From Gaiellales bacterium (GTDB lineage Bacteria; Actinomycetota; Thermoleophilia; Gaiellales; Gaiellaceae), in assembly GCA_038215565.1 (NCBI GenBank), contig JBBQQU010000004.1:121478-185477 (forward strand): a stretch of 64,000 nt of DNA, given 5' to 3'. This document shows, one piece after another, positions 19,701 through 30,431 of the stretch (its first letter is position 1; each line of letters begins with the position of its first letter). The translations under genes were made by a program, and so were the position numbers. The notes beneath the pieces are model-generated. The model saw nothing but the letters and a program-made list of their open reading frames with translations, was not told the origin of the DNA and did not search any database.

Positions 19701-20405
19701 GCCGCTCTCCGCGCCGACACGCTCCACGAGTTGCGCGCTCACGAGCGTCGAGCTCCCGACGTCATACACCGTGACCGGAGCCGCATCGAAGACGGCACTC
19801 GCGATTCCCGAGGGCTCGCCGCGCAGGTCGACCCGAAGCGCTCCCCACCAAACGGCCTCGCTCCCGGCGAGCTCGCCGTATATCCCTTCGCCGATGTCAC
19901 CGTCGGCCGAGACGACGACCATCCCCGCGAAGCCCACCCCGAGCAGGTCGGTCACCTGGCGCACGAGCGGCTTCGCGACCGCGACCGGCGAACCGGCTCG
20001 ACCGAGGGCGTGCGAGAGCTCCGCGACAGCCGCCAGCTCACGATCGCGGGCCGAGACGCGCTCCTCCGCCGCCTGCGTCCTGCCGATGCCGCCGATCAGA
20101 AACGCGCGGTCGCCCCAGCGACCGAGCAGGAGGAGGGCTGGCAGGAGGACCACGAGCACGGCGACGAACGAGATCCAGAGGTGCCCGTCGAACGGCGTCC
20201 GTTCGTAGACGACGAGGGCCCCGAAGATCGCCGCGCCTGCGGCGATGCCCGGAAAGACGAGGCCGACGGCGCGATCGAGCGGGTGTGCCTGCCGCCGCCC
20301 GCGCCAAAGCGCCGGCAGAAGCGCTGCCGCGACCGCGGCATACACGGCCGCGAGCAGCAGGAACGGCACGCCGTTGAAGAGGATTGCTCTGGATGCTTCT
20401 GACAC
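16743..20405 (-). CDS. membrane-anchored multi-GAF/PAS sensor histidine kinase homolog lacking the phospho-acceptor His (H-box SLELRTPL)
   Basis: 1220 aa with an N-terminal hydrophobic region. Several GAF-like repeats and one PAS (VLWNRAAEEITG). The DHp motif FVSTVSLELRTPLTSI has CTC (Leu, 17388-17390) where CAC (His) is expected. The catalytic domain looks intact (NAVKFS, DEGSGVP, FSKFYKAG, GTGLGLFIAQ). Confidence 0.9.
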   Translation of the reverse strand: MSEASRAILFNGVPFLLLAAVYAAVAAALLPALWRGRRQAHPLDRAVGLVFPGIAAGAAIFGALVVYERTPFDGHLWISFVAVLVVLLPALLLLGRWGDRAFLIGGIGRTQAAEERVSARDRELAAVAELSHALGRAGSPVAVAKPLVRQVTDLLGVGFAGMVVVSADGDIGEGIYGELAGSEAVWWGALRVDLRGEPSGIASAVFDAAPVTVYDVGSSTLVSAQLVERVGAESGAWIPMIAEDRVIGVLAVVSTDVKRAFLPEELTLLRALAAEAALALERLRSSSALSDALSREQTVSAITRRIRSELDPESVIDVACVELARVLRLDRTEIVLSDATGYGTAIVAHGEQIGILIAERVTPLDAGETFLVNTVADEVGASLRTARLLTENRQRLEQQAALLQAAQVVTSELDLESVLELLVEQVTTLLGADAADCYLLDRERGILRCAAVHGFAHDFVGFEFEASHGLAGAALREARPVGSDDEAAVVDPIPNPAYAEFTRALVAPMVWAGETLGVLGVGARDSTREFSAADIEMLEAFASLASLALRNAESFADTTRQARVQRGFYRIATLLGEPLSLAETYDAAAQAAAEALGGDVAALLVRVGGALQFVGGHDLPESVRAFDVPEALAEAAGDGQMLVAPSLSSDERFGAEWRSGLFASLLAIPVPGEGSGVVLVLFRDPRAFERDDLELAQRVAGAARGALDRSRLYEAERAGRALSQQLARTGRLLATELDPDAVLQAVIDAAVELLAADAASLAALDGDELVVTAATGQGAEDALAARSPSTGWLAGDVVQSRAPRAYEDTTADEGLAQWDPLLAAGNRAYLGVPLAAREGGIYGVLSVYSREPREWRDEEVGALVALAASAAVALSNAELYQRVAVERGQSVAILANVADGIVAVDRDGHVVLWNRAAEEITGVPAAEAIGRTTAQVLQRDLESEGGGTNRSIAIPRAGAEIWLSLSEAVMRDPTGATAGRIFAFRDISSEHVVEQMKSDFVSTVSLELRTPLTSIYGFAQTLLREDVTFGEPERRTFLQFIARESERLTSIVDALLSVAQLDTGDLTVSLEATDVGRVVERALAAADGSDDHRLVADVGDEGSLAAQADPEKLQQVLNQLVANAVKFSPAGSTVVVSARRLDDVVEVAVVDEGSGVPPAERERIFSKFYKAGDAQGRGTGLGLFIAQGLVHEMGGRIWVDSEEGKGARFAFVLPLAEDDV

Positions 20406-20585
20406 TGGGACAGCAGATCGTACGCCGTCACTTCCGAGCGCACCGACGTATGGGTGCTGCTTGTAAAGATGGGCCGCTCGGCCTATTTCCCGGACGGGGC
20501 TCGAGCGATAGCGTCAACCCACTGGGCGATGCGCATCGCGGTGCGCCCACTCACGGCCATCTACCGCGATGTAGCGATCACGCGA

Positions 20586-20631
20586 GGCCCGCTGCCGACG
20601 ACCCCCCGACGCAGCGGGCCTTGTCGTTTCG
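20586..20631 (+). terminator. intrinsic-terminator-like hairpin with C6 loop in the ispH upstream region
   Basis: Perfect 10-bp stem, GGCCCGCTGC (20586-20595) pairing with GCAGCGGGCC (20611-20620). The 15-nt loop is cgacgaCCCCCCgac. It is followed by ttgtcgtttcg. It lies 49 nt upstream of the ispH ATG. Confidence 0.45.
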
Positions 20632-20668
20632 CGGGTGGCTCCAAACCTCACGGCTACGATGGCCGACG

Positions 20669-21625
20669 ATGGTCAAGAAGGTCCTCCTTGCCTCTCCACG
20701 CGGCTATTGCGCCGGTGTCGAGCGTGCCGTCGAAACGGTCGAGAAGGCGCTCGACCTTTACGGGCCGCCCGTCTACGTGCGCAAGCAGATCGTCCACAAC
20801 CTGCACGTCGTGCGTGACCTGGAGGCGCGCGGCGCCGTCTTTGTCGACGAGGAGACAGAAGTGCCGGAAGGCGAAACGGTCGTCTTCTCGGCGCACGGGG
20901 TCGCACCGTCCGTACACGCGAATGCCGAGTCGCGGCGCCTGAACACAATCGATGCAACGTGCCCGCTCGTCACGAAGGTGCACGTACAGGCGCGCCGCTA
21001 CGCGGCCGACGGGTACACCGTCGTTCTGATCGGCCACGCGGGGCACGAAGAGGTCGTCGGGACTATGGGCGAAGCGCCCGATGCGATCGTCCTCGTCGAA
21101 TCCGTCGCCGACGTCGACGCGCTGACGTTCCCTCCTGACCAGAAGCTCGCGTACGTGACACAGACGACGCTGTCGGTGGACGAGACCGGGGACGTGATCG
21201 CAGCGCTCCGGCGACGCTTCCCGGCGATCTACGCGCCGAAGAAGGAAGACATCTGTTATGCGACCTCCAACCGTCAGTGGGCGGTCAAGGAGATGCTCAG
21301 CGAGATCGAACTGCTGCTCGTGATCGGCTCACGCAACTCGTCGAACTCGAACCGACTCGTCGAGACCGCGCGCGCAGGCGGCATCAGCGCCTACCTGATC
21401 GACGACGAGACCGAAATCGACGAGCGGTGGACCGAGGGAGTCGACGTAGTCGGCGTCACCTCCGGCGCCTCCGCGCCCGAGAAGCTCGTCGGACGCGTCT
21501 GCGAGTGGTTCCGTGCGCGGGGCGTGACGCAGATCGAGCCCTACCGGCTTGTCAATGAGGACGTCGAGTTCCGCCTCCCGGTCGAGTTGCGCCGCGAGCT
21601 CGCGCTTGCCTCGAACCAGGACTGA
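20669..21625 (+). CDS. ispH: 4-hydroxy-3-methylbut-2-enyl diphosphate reductase
   Basis: Conserved N-terminus MVKKVLLASPRGYCAGVERAVETVEKAL starts at 20669. Three cluster Cys contexts are present (GYCAG, ATCPLV, DICYAT). The upstream 95 codons in the ORF track have poor GC3. Confidence 0.93.
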   Translation: MVKKVLLASPRGYCAGVERAVETVEKALDLYGPPVYVRKQIVHNLHVVRDLEARGAVFVDEETEVPEGETVVFSAHGVAPSVHANAESRRLNTIDATCPLVTKVHVQARRYAADGYTVVLIGHAGHEEVVGTMGEAPDAIVLVESVADVDALTFPPDQKLAYVTQTTLSVDETGDVIAALRRRFPAIYAPKKEDICYATSNRQWAVKEMLSEIELLLVIGSRNSSNSNRLVETARAGGISAYLIDDETEIDERWTEGVDVVGVTSGASAPEKLVGRVCEWFRARGVTQIEPYRLVNEDVEFRLPVELRRELALASNQD

Positions 21626-21641
21626 ACGCCGAGTTAAGCCG

Positions 21642-22118
21642 CTAAGACGGCTGCGCCGGTGCGCTCGAGGCTGAATCGGATGGGCAACGGTCTGCCCGGT
21701 AATCGCGAAAGCGCCATGACGGCAGAATCCACCGCCAACGGCCGTCCGCGGCGACGAGGTGCACGGTGTGGGTCAGCTTGAGGTTGCCCTTGAACGCGAG
21801 CCGGACGGCAACGGCCTCGCTGTCGACGAACTTCCCATTGCCAAGACCAATCGACTCCTTGGTCACTTTCACCACCTTGACCGTGAGCGGGCGAGCGACG
21901 ATCGGCGTTCGCGTCTCGCACCCCACGTACTCGGCGAGCGGCGCGACGTGTTGATCGTCCGGGTGCAGGTCGCCCCAGGCTTTGGCGTACTGGTTATGCA
22001 GCAGCAGGTTCACGACCTTGACCGCGAACACGGAAGGGTCGGCCTTCGGCGCGGCGCCGTTGCCGCCGCAGCCGGCGAGCAACACGCCGACGAGGAGAAG
22101 GAGGACGGCCGTGCGCAT
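21642..22118 (-). CDS. hypothetical lipoprotein
   Basis: MRTAVLLLLVGVLLAGCGG (lipobox LAGC). The start could also be the ATG at 22130. Lies just downstream of ileS. Confidence 0.6.
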   Translation of the reverse strand: MRTAVLLLLVGVLLAGCGGNGAAPKADPSVFAVKVVNLLLHNQYAKAWGDLHPDDQHVAPLAEYVGCETRTPIVARPLTVKVVKVTKESIGLGNGKFVDSEAVAVRLAFKGNLKLTHTVHLVAADGRWRWILPSWRFRDYRADRCPSDSASSAPAQPS

Positions 22119-22155
22119 GACGATCAGCATACGACCGGACGACCGAATTGGATCT

Positions 22156-25191
<3,036 letters not shown>

Positions 25192-25266
25192 GCTTCGATC
25201 GTAGCGAGGCGGGAACAAACGTTTGGCAGCCGTCGTTTACAAGGTCGTACGTCCCACACGAAAGGA

Positions 25267-25587
25267 ATGCACGTGGCAACTATTGCAACCAGCGAAACAT
25301 TCGAGACCGAGGTCATCAAGAGCGACGGGAAAGTCATCGTCGACTTCTGGGCCGAGTGGTGCGGGCCGTGTCATGCGGTCTCGCCGGTGCTCGACCGGAT
25401 CGCGGACGAGCATCAGGTGAAGCTCGTCAAGGTGAACATCGACGAGCATCAGGACCTCGCGCTGCGCTACGGCGTCGCGTCGATTCCCTTCATGGTGCTG
25501 TTCGAGAACGGCGAGCCGCAGGCATCTGCGATCGGCGCCATGCCGAAGGGCTCGCTCGAGAAGGCTCTCGGCCTGTCAGAGGCGTAG
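25267..25587 (+). CDS. trxA: thioredoxin
   Basis: 106 aa with active site WAEWCGPC. It is the tail of a long spurious ORF (24616-25587). Confidence 0.93.
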   Translation: MHVATIATSETFETEVIKSDGKVIVDFWAEWCGPCHAVSPVLDRIADEHQVKLVKVNIDEHQDLALRYGVASIPFMVLFENGEPQASAIGAMPKGSLEKALGLSEA

Positions 25588-25589
25588 CG

Positions 25590-25623
25590 GGCGGAGGGCT
25601 TCCGCCCTCTGCCTGTTTCATTC
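25590..25623 (+). terminator. rho-independent terminator after trxA
   Basis: 10-bp stem GGCGGAGGGC / GCCCTCTGCC with one G.U pair and loop TTCC, followed by tgtttcattct. Confidence 0.6.
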
Positions 25624-25767
25624 TCAGTCGTCTTCGAGAAACGAGAGAAACGCGAGGTGCTTGGCGAGGTAATCCTCGATCGCTCGCATGCCGCTCTCAG
25701 CCCACGCCTCGAGCCAGTTTCCCGAGAGGTCGTCTTCGATCCGATGGAGGATGCCGCAATCGTCCAT
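25624..25767 (-). CDS. hypothetical small acidic protein (47 aa)
   Basis: MDDCGILHRIEDDLSGNWLEAWAESGMRAIEDYLAKHLAFLSFLEDD. AGGA lies 7 nt upstream of the ATG at 25767. GC3 is high. No family recognised. Confidence 0.4.
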   Translation of the reverse strand: MDDCGILHRIEDDLSGNWLEAWAESGMRAIEDYLAKHLAFLSFLEDD

Positions 25768-25862
25768 TGACGGATCCTGGACTCCGGACCGGACGGCTGC
25801 ATGAGCCGATCGGCCCATCTTCGAGATTCAGAAAGCCCACGACCCGGGCATAGTCCCGGGTC

Positions 25863-26660
25863 GTGACGACGCTCTTCATCAATCCGAGATCGGGGGACGG
25901 CGGCGCCGGCGAGCTCGTCGAGGCCGCCCGCGGGCGCGGGATCAAAACTCACGTCCTCGGACGTGGGGATGACCTCGAGGCGCTTGCTCGAGGCGCAGAT
26001 GACGACGCGCTCTCGATGGCCGGCGGCGACGGATCGCTTGCGGTCGTCGCCGCGGTAGCGATCGAACGCGGACTGCCGTTCGCGTGCATTCCGTTCGGGA
26101 CGCGCAATCATTTCGCTCGGGACCTCGGGCTCGATCGGGATGACCCGATCGGTTCGCTGGACGCCCTGGTTGACGGCGAGGAGCGCCTGGTCGACGTCGG
26201 TCGCGCAAACGACCGCCTCTTTTTGAACAACGTCTCGCTCGGTGTCTACGCGAGGCTCGTGCACCGTCGCGAGCACCATCGACGCAGAAGCAATGCGTTC
26301 GCTCGGCTTCGGGCGCTCGCGATCGTGGCGTCGCACCGCAATCCCGTCGACATCACGGTCGACGGGGAGCAGATCGAGTCACGCGTCGTGCTCGTGTCGA
26401 ACAACGCCTACACCCTCGACATGCTTTCGATCGGCGAACGGGAACGTCTCGACGAAGGCTGCCTGCATCTGTACGCCCCAACCGGGGTCCTGCGATCGAG
26501 CTGGACGGAGCGTCGAGGAGCAAGCTTCACCGTCGACGCGCGCGAGGGCCGGTTGAGCGCCGCGATCGACGGCGAGCCCGAGACTCTCGAGACGCCGATC
26601 GAGTTCCGCGCGGAGCCCGGCGCGCTACGGATCCTCGTGCCGCGCAGCCCAGGCGCGTAG
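25863..26660 (+). CDS. diacylglycerol/lipid kinase family protein (DAGK catalytic domain, YegS/LCB5-like)
   Basis: 265 aa with a GTG start. Motifs AGGDGSL and IPFGTRNHFARDLG. Confidence 0.8.
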   Translation: MTTLFINPRSGDGGAGELVEAARGRGIKTHVLGRGDDLEALARGADDDALSMAGGDGSLAVVAAVAIERGLPFACIPFGTRNHFARDLGLDRDDPIGSLDALVDGEERLVDVGRANDRLFLNNVSLGVYARLVHRREHHRRRSNAFARLRALAIVASHRNPVDITVDGEQIESRVVLVSNNAYTLDMLSIGERERLDEGCLHLYAPTGVLRSSWTERRGASFTVDAREGRLSAAIDGEPETLETPIEFRAEPGALRILVPRSPGA

Positions 26661-27122
26661 CACGAGCTCCTGACCGGGGAACGCCATCTCACCGGGCAGG
26701 TCGTCGAATGCGAACCACCGGAGCTCCGCGACGTCGTCGGCAGCCACCGGCTCGCCGTCGCCGCGCACGATCCACGTGACCGAGAATACGTGGCGGCCTG
26801 CGTAGGGCTCGATGTCGATGCGCATCAGCTCTACCGGCTCGACCTCGAGGCCGGTCTCCTCGGCGAACTCCCGCCGCAAGCCGTCGAGCGGCGCCTCGGT
26901 CTCGTGGAGGAATCCGCCCGGCAGATCCCAGTGCCCTTGCCGTGGCTCGTTCGCCCGCCGGGCGAGCAACACGCGGCCGTCACGCTCGAGGATCCCCTGG
27001 ACGCCGGGGATCGAATTCGCGTAAAAGTGCTCCCCACATCGTTCGCAGACGACGCCTTCTGTCGCCGGGGTGAGATTTCCCCCGCAGCGGGGACAAAACC
27101 GCCAGCTCTCGAGGAAGCCCAT
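26625..27122 (-). CDS. NUDIX hydrolase with N-terminal zinc ribbon
   Basis: Start re-set to MGFLESWRFCPRCGG...CERCG. Nudix box GGFLHETEAPLDGLRREFAEETGL. The 3' end overlaps the convergent DAGK gene by 36 nt. Confidence 0.85.
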   Translation of the reverse strand: MGFLESWRFCPRCGGNLTPATEGVVCERCGEHFYANSIPGVQGILERDGRVLLARRANEPRQGHWDLPGGFLHETEAPLDGLRREFAEETGLEVEPVELMRIDIEPYAGRHVFSVTWIVRGDGEPVAADDVAELRWFAFDDLPGEMAFPGQELVLRAWAARHEDP

Positions 27123-27178
27123 GCATGCAACTGTAGGAGAACCACTCTGATGCACCACGAATCGATCGGGAACGACTG

Positions 27179-27865
27179 ATGGAGCGCGTCGTCCTCCTCC
27201 ACTCCGCGCTCGGCGACTCACGCCTCTGGAAGCGCCAGGTGCCGGTGCTCGCCGCGCGGTTCGACGTCGTCGCGCCCGACCTTCCTGGCTGGGGCGACAC
27301 GCCGATGCCGACCGAGCCGTTCTCGCTCGTCGATGTCGTGGCGGAACTGCTCCCCGGCAACCTTGTCGGTAATTCCTTCGGCGGTGCGGTCGCGCTCAGG
27401 ACTGCACTCGCGCATCAGGACCGGGTGAAGCGGCTCGTGCTCATCGGTGCGGGGCTTCCCACGTGGGACTGGACCGAGGAGATGCGCGACTACTTCACCG
27501 CGGAGGAGGCGGCAATCGACGCCGGCGACCTCGACGCCGCGACCGACGTCAACCTCCGATTCTGGGTCGCACCGGAGCACTGGGACGAGGTGCGCCCCCA
27601 GCAACGCCGGGCCCTCGAGTTGCAGACCGCGCACGAGGAGCCCGAGGCGCTCTGGCCCGCGTTCGGGGCGCTCTCGTCCCTCCACGTGCCGACGCTCGTG
27701 ATCGTCGGCGACGACGACAAGGCGGATTTTGGCGCGATCGCCGAGCATCTCGCACGGGAGATCCCCGATGCCGATCTCGCGATCGTCGCGGGCGCCGGCC
27801 ACCTCGTCGGGCTCGACCAGCCCGAGGAGTTGAACGCGCTCCTGCTCGAGTTCTTGTTGGACTGA
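27179..27865 (+). CDS. alpha/beta hydrolase
   Basis: 228 aa. Nucleophile elbow GNSFGG and C-terminal AGHLV. Confidence 0.8.
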   Translation: MERVVLLHSALGDSRLWKRQVPVLAARFDVVAPDLPGWGDTPMPTEPFSLVDVVAELLPGNLVGNSFGGAVALRTALAHQDRVKRLVLIGAGLPTWDWTEEMRDYFTAEEAAIDAGDLDAATDVNLRFWVAPEHWDEVRPQQRRALELQTAHEEPEALWPAFGALSSLHVPTLVIVGDDDKADFGAIAEHLAREIPDADLAIVAGAGHLVGLDQPEELNALLLEFLLD

Positions 27866-27911
27866 GAGGTCCGGACGGGACTCTGCAGGACATGGCCGAA
27901 CCCGGGCGGCA

Positions 27912-27965
27912 CATGGGTACCCATCCCCATGCCCCATGGGTACCCATGCCCCGAGGACATCGGGG
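27912..27965. repeat. palindrome-rich hairpin cluster between convergent genes
   Basis: The perfect 12-bp palindrome ATGGGTACCCAT occurs twice (27913-27924 and 27936-27947). With flanking c12/g48 the two copies can pair as a 13-bp stem. A second hairpin follows, CCCCGA (27949-54) pairing with TCGGGG (27960-65). Confidence 0.85.
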
Positions 27966-28006
27966 CTAGGCCATCTGGGGCTAGGCCATCTGGGGCTAGG
28001 CCATCT
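27962..28006. repeat. perfect 15-bp tandem repeat x3 (ggggctaggccatct), containing the stop codon of the downstream minus-strand gene
   Basis: Units are 27962-76, 27977-91 and 27992-28006. On the minus strand each unit reads CAG ATG GCC TAG CCC. The third unit encodes the real C-terminus ..QMA* of the 27996-28820 CDS. Confidence 0.95.
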
Positions 28007-28820
28007 GGGAGATGACCGCGTCGGATAGCCGCGGCCACGCGTCCGCCGCCCAGTCACCGAACGCGAGGTCGGTAAGGCAACCGAGTGCGATGCCCGCGTC
28101 CGGGTCGATCCAGAGAAACGTGCCGCTCCGCCCGAAGTGGCCGAACGTTCGCGGCGAGTTTCGCGCGCCGGTCCAGTGCGGCTGCTTGCCGTTGCGCAAC
28201 TCGAGCCCTAGCCCCCAGTCATTCGGATCCTGCCGGCCGAAGCCGGGCAAGACTCCGCCGAGCCCGGGGAACTGCACCGTCGTCGCCTCGGCGAGCGTCT
28301 CGGGAGCCACGCGGTGCGGATCCTGCAGCTCGCGTGCCAGCGCGAGCAGGTCGCCGATCGTTCCCGAGGCGCCCGACCCCGCCGATCCCTGGAGCACGAC
28401 CCCTGTGGCCCGCCACGTCGCCGCGAAGTACTCGGTGAACGGCATCTCGGCGCGCTCCTCGACGAGCGCGGCAGCGACTTCGAAGCCGTAGTTCGAGTAG
28501 ACGCGCCTTGAACCGGGCCGCCCAATTGGCGCCCCCCGCTCGAACGGGAGACCCGACGTATGTGCCAGCAGGTGCCTCAGCGTCGAGCCGGGAGGCCCGG
28601 CGGGCTCGTCCAGGTCGACAAGGCCCTCCTCCGCAGCGACGAGAACCGCGACCGCGGTAGCAAGTTTCGTCACAGACGCCCACGGAAAACGGCGGTCTTG
28701 ATCGCCGTAGGTGGCCTCGACCGCACCGGTAACCCCGACGGCCGCATGCTCCGACGGCCAACCGTCGATCTGGCGGAGCGCATCCACGAACGGCGAGACT
28801 AGCGATGGGTGGACAGGCAA
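27996..28820 (-). CDS. serine hydrolase, beta-lactamase/transpeptidase-like family
   Basis: 274 aa. SxxK motif ASVTK and YxN motif YSNYG. The start at 28820 is TTG; an alternative GTG lies at 28787. Confidence 0.8.
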   Translation of the reverse strand: MPVHPSLVSPFVDALRQIDGWPSEHAAVGVTGAVEATYGDQDRRFPWASVTKLATAVAVLVAAEEGLVDLDEPAGPPGSTLRHLLAHTSGLPFERGAPIGRPGSRRVYSNYGFEVAAALVEERAEMPFTEYFAATWRATGVVLQGSAGSGASGTIGDLLALARELQDPHRVAPETLAEATTVQFPGLGGVLPGFGRQDPNDWGLGLELRNGKQPHWTGARNSPRTFGHFGRSGTFLWIDPDAGIALGCLTDLAFGDWAADAWPRLSDAVISQMA

Positions 28821-29195
28821 CTCATCTCATCGGGGGCGGCGTTCGAGAATCGCGTCGGCTATTCACGCGCGGTTCGCGTCGGCGATCGCGTGTGGGTCTC
28901 CGGGACGGCACCGATCATGCCCGAGGACGCTGACCCTCCTGTCGGCGCGTACGCGCAGGCTCGAATCTGCCTCCAGATCATCGAGGCCGCACTCGTCGAA
29001 GCCGGCTCGTCGCTGGATCATGTCGTCCGCACCCGCATCTTCGTCACCGACGCGGCGCTCATCGACGAGGTCGGCCGTGCGCACGTCGAAGCTTTCGCAA
29101 CGGCGCGGCCCGCGACGACCGGTCTCGTCGTTGGGCTACTCGACCCGCGGTGGCTTGTTGAGATCGAGGCAGAAGCGGTGATACTCCCATCGTGA
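28809..29195 (+). CDS. RidA/YjgF family protein
   Basis: 128 aa with a GTG start. YSRAVRVGDRVWVSGT...VRTRIFVTD...EIEAEA is the typical YjgF fold signature. Confidence 0.8.
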   Translation: MDRQLISSGAAFENRVGYSRAVRVGDRVWVSGTAPIMPEDADPPVGAYAQARICLQIIEAALVEAGSSLDHVVRTRIFVTDAALIDEVGRAHVEAFATARPATTGLVVGLLDPRWLVEIEAEAVILPS

Positions 29196-30427
29196 AGCAG
29201 ATCTTCCCACCGTCGATCACCGGCAAGGGCGCAGCGGGGCCGAGTGGCTCCGAGGCAAGCGTGCTCGAGCATGCATTCGGCAAGAGCGACCCGTTCACGC
29301 TCGGCGTCGAAGAGGAGTACATGCTGCTCGACCCGGAGACCTGGGATCTCGTGCAGCACATCGACTCGGTGCTGGCGGCGGTCGAGCACGGCGAGCACGA
29401 GGAGCGCATCCATGCGGAACTGATGCAGTCGGTGCTCGAGGTCACCACACCTGTTTGCCGCAACGCGGGCGACGTGATGCACGCGCTTGCGCAGTTGCGC
29501 GGCTACGTGGCCGAGATCGCCCGGTCCGAAGGCTGCCGGTTCGGCTCGGCGGGGACGCACCCGTTCAGTCTCTTCGAGCGCCAACGGATCACCGCGCGCG
29601 ACCGCTATCGGCAACTCGTCGATCAGCTCCAGTACATCGCCCGGCGCGAGTTGATCTTCGGCATGCATGTGCACGTTGCGATCGACGATCCGGAGAAAGC
29701 GATCCAGGTGATGAACGGGCTGCTCGTCCATCTACCGCAGATGCTCGCGCTCTCGTCATCGTCTCCGTTTTGGCGCGGCGAGCCGACCGGCCTCTCCTCG
29801 AGCAGGCAGATGGTGTTCGCCGCGTTCCCGCGCTCGGGGCCGCCGCCGCGATTCAAGGATTACGCCGACTTCGCCGACGTCGTCGGCCAACTCGAGCGCA
29901 CCGGCTGTATCGCCGACTACACGCACATCTGGTGGGACATCCGTCCGCATCCGCGGCTCGGGACGATCGAGATGCGTGTATGCGACGCCGTCACGCGACT
30001 CGAAGACGTCGTCGCGATCACCGCCTTCTTCCAGGCGATCGTGAAGATGTACTGCGAGTACTACGAGGCCGGCAAGCAGATCCCCACCTGGCACCGGATG
30101 TTGACGACCGAGAACAAGTGGCTCGCGGCGCGCTACGGGTTGGAGGCGCCGATCATGGATCTCGCGACAGGGCGGCGGAACCGTGTCTCGGTCTCGCAGC
30201 TGATCCGCCGGACGCTCCGCGACGTCGAGCCGCACGCACGCGAGCTCGGATCGGAACGCGAGCTCGAGGGTGTCCGCGAGATCCTCGCGCGCGGCAACGG
30301 CGCCGACCGTCAGCTGCGCGTCTGGAACGCGAATCGGGACATCGTCGAGGTCGTGCGCGAGATCTCGCTCGCAACCGAAGAAGGCGCGGTGAAGGGCGGC
30401 GTCGATAAGGTCATCGCGGCGGACTAG
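29192..30427 (+). CDS. carboxylate-amine ligase, YbdK/GCS2 family
   Basis: 411 aa. The GTGA overlap couples it to the upstream gene. Motifs FTLGVEEEYMLLD and GTHPF. The start could also be the GTG at 29261. Confidence 0.85.
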   Translation: MKQIFPPSITGKGAAGPSGSEASVLEHAFGKSDPFTLGVEEEYMLLDPETWDLVQHIDSVLAAVEHGEHEERIHAELMQSVLEVTTPVCRNAGDVMHALAQLRGYVAEIARSEGCRFGSAGTHPFSLFERQRITARDRYRQLVDQLQYIARRELIFGMHVHVAIDDPEKAIQVMNGLLVHLPQMLALSSSSPFWRGEPTGLSSSRQMVFAAFPRSGPPPRFKDYADFADVVGQLERTGCIADYTHIWWDIRPHPRLGTIEMRVCDAVTRLEDVVAITAFFQAIVKMYCEYYEAGKQIPTWHRMLTTENKWLAARYGLEAPIMDLATGRRNRVSVSQLIRRTLRDVEPHARELGSERELEGVREILARGNGADRQLRVWNANRDIVEVVREISLATEEGAVKGGVDKVIAAD

Positions 30428-30431
30428 ATAA

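Noticed and set aside
20586-20631. Calling the C-loop hairpin a bona fide 6C sRNA
   Set aside because: The 6C family has two C-rich loops. Only one is present here, and I cannot run a covariance model. It is reported only as a terminator-like element.
25192-25266. Possible T-box leader for ileS, as found upstream of actinobacterial ileS genes
   Set aside because: Only 75 bp separate ileS from the divergent trxA. No T-box sequence (UGGUACCGCG-like) or specifier stem was recognisable. A leader overlapping trxA antisense cannot be excluded without a covariance search.
27962-28006. Tandem 15-bp repeats considered as a mini CRISPR array
   Set aside because: The units are contiguous with no spacers, too short, and number only three. 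No cas genes are present in the window.
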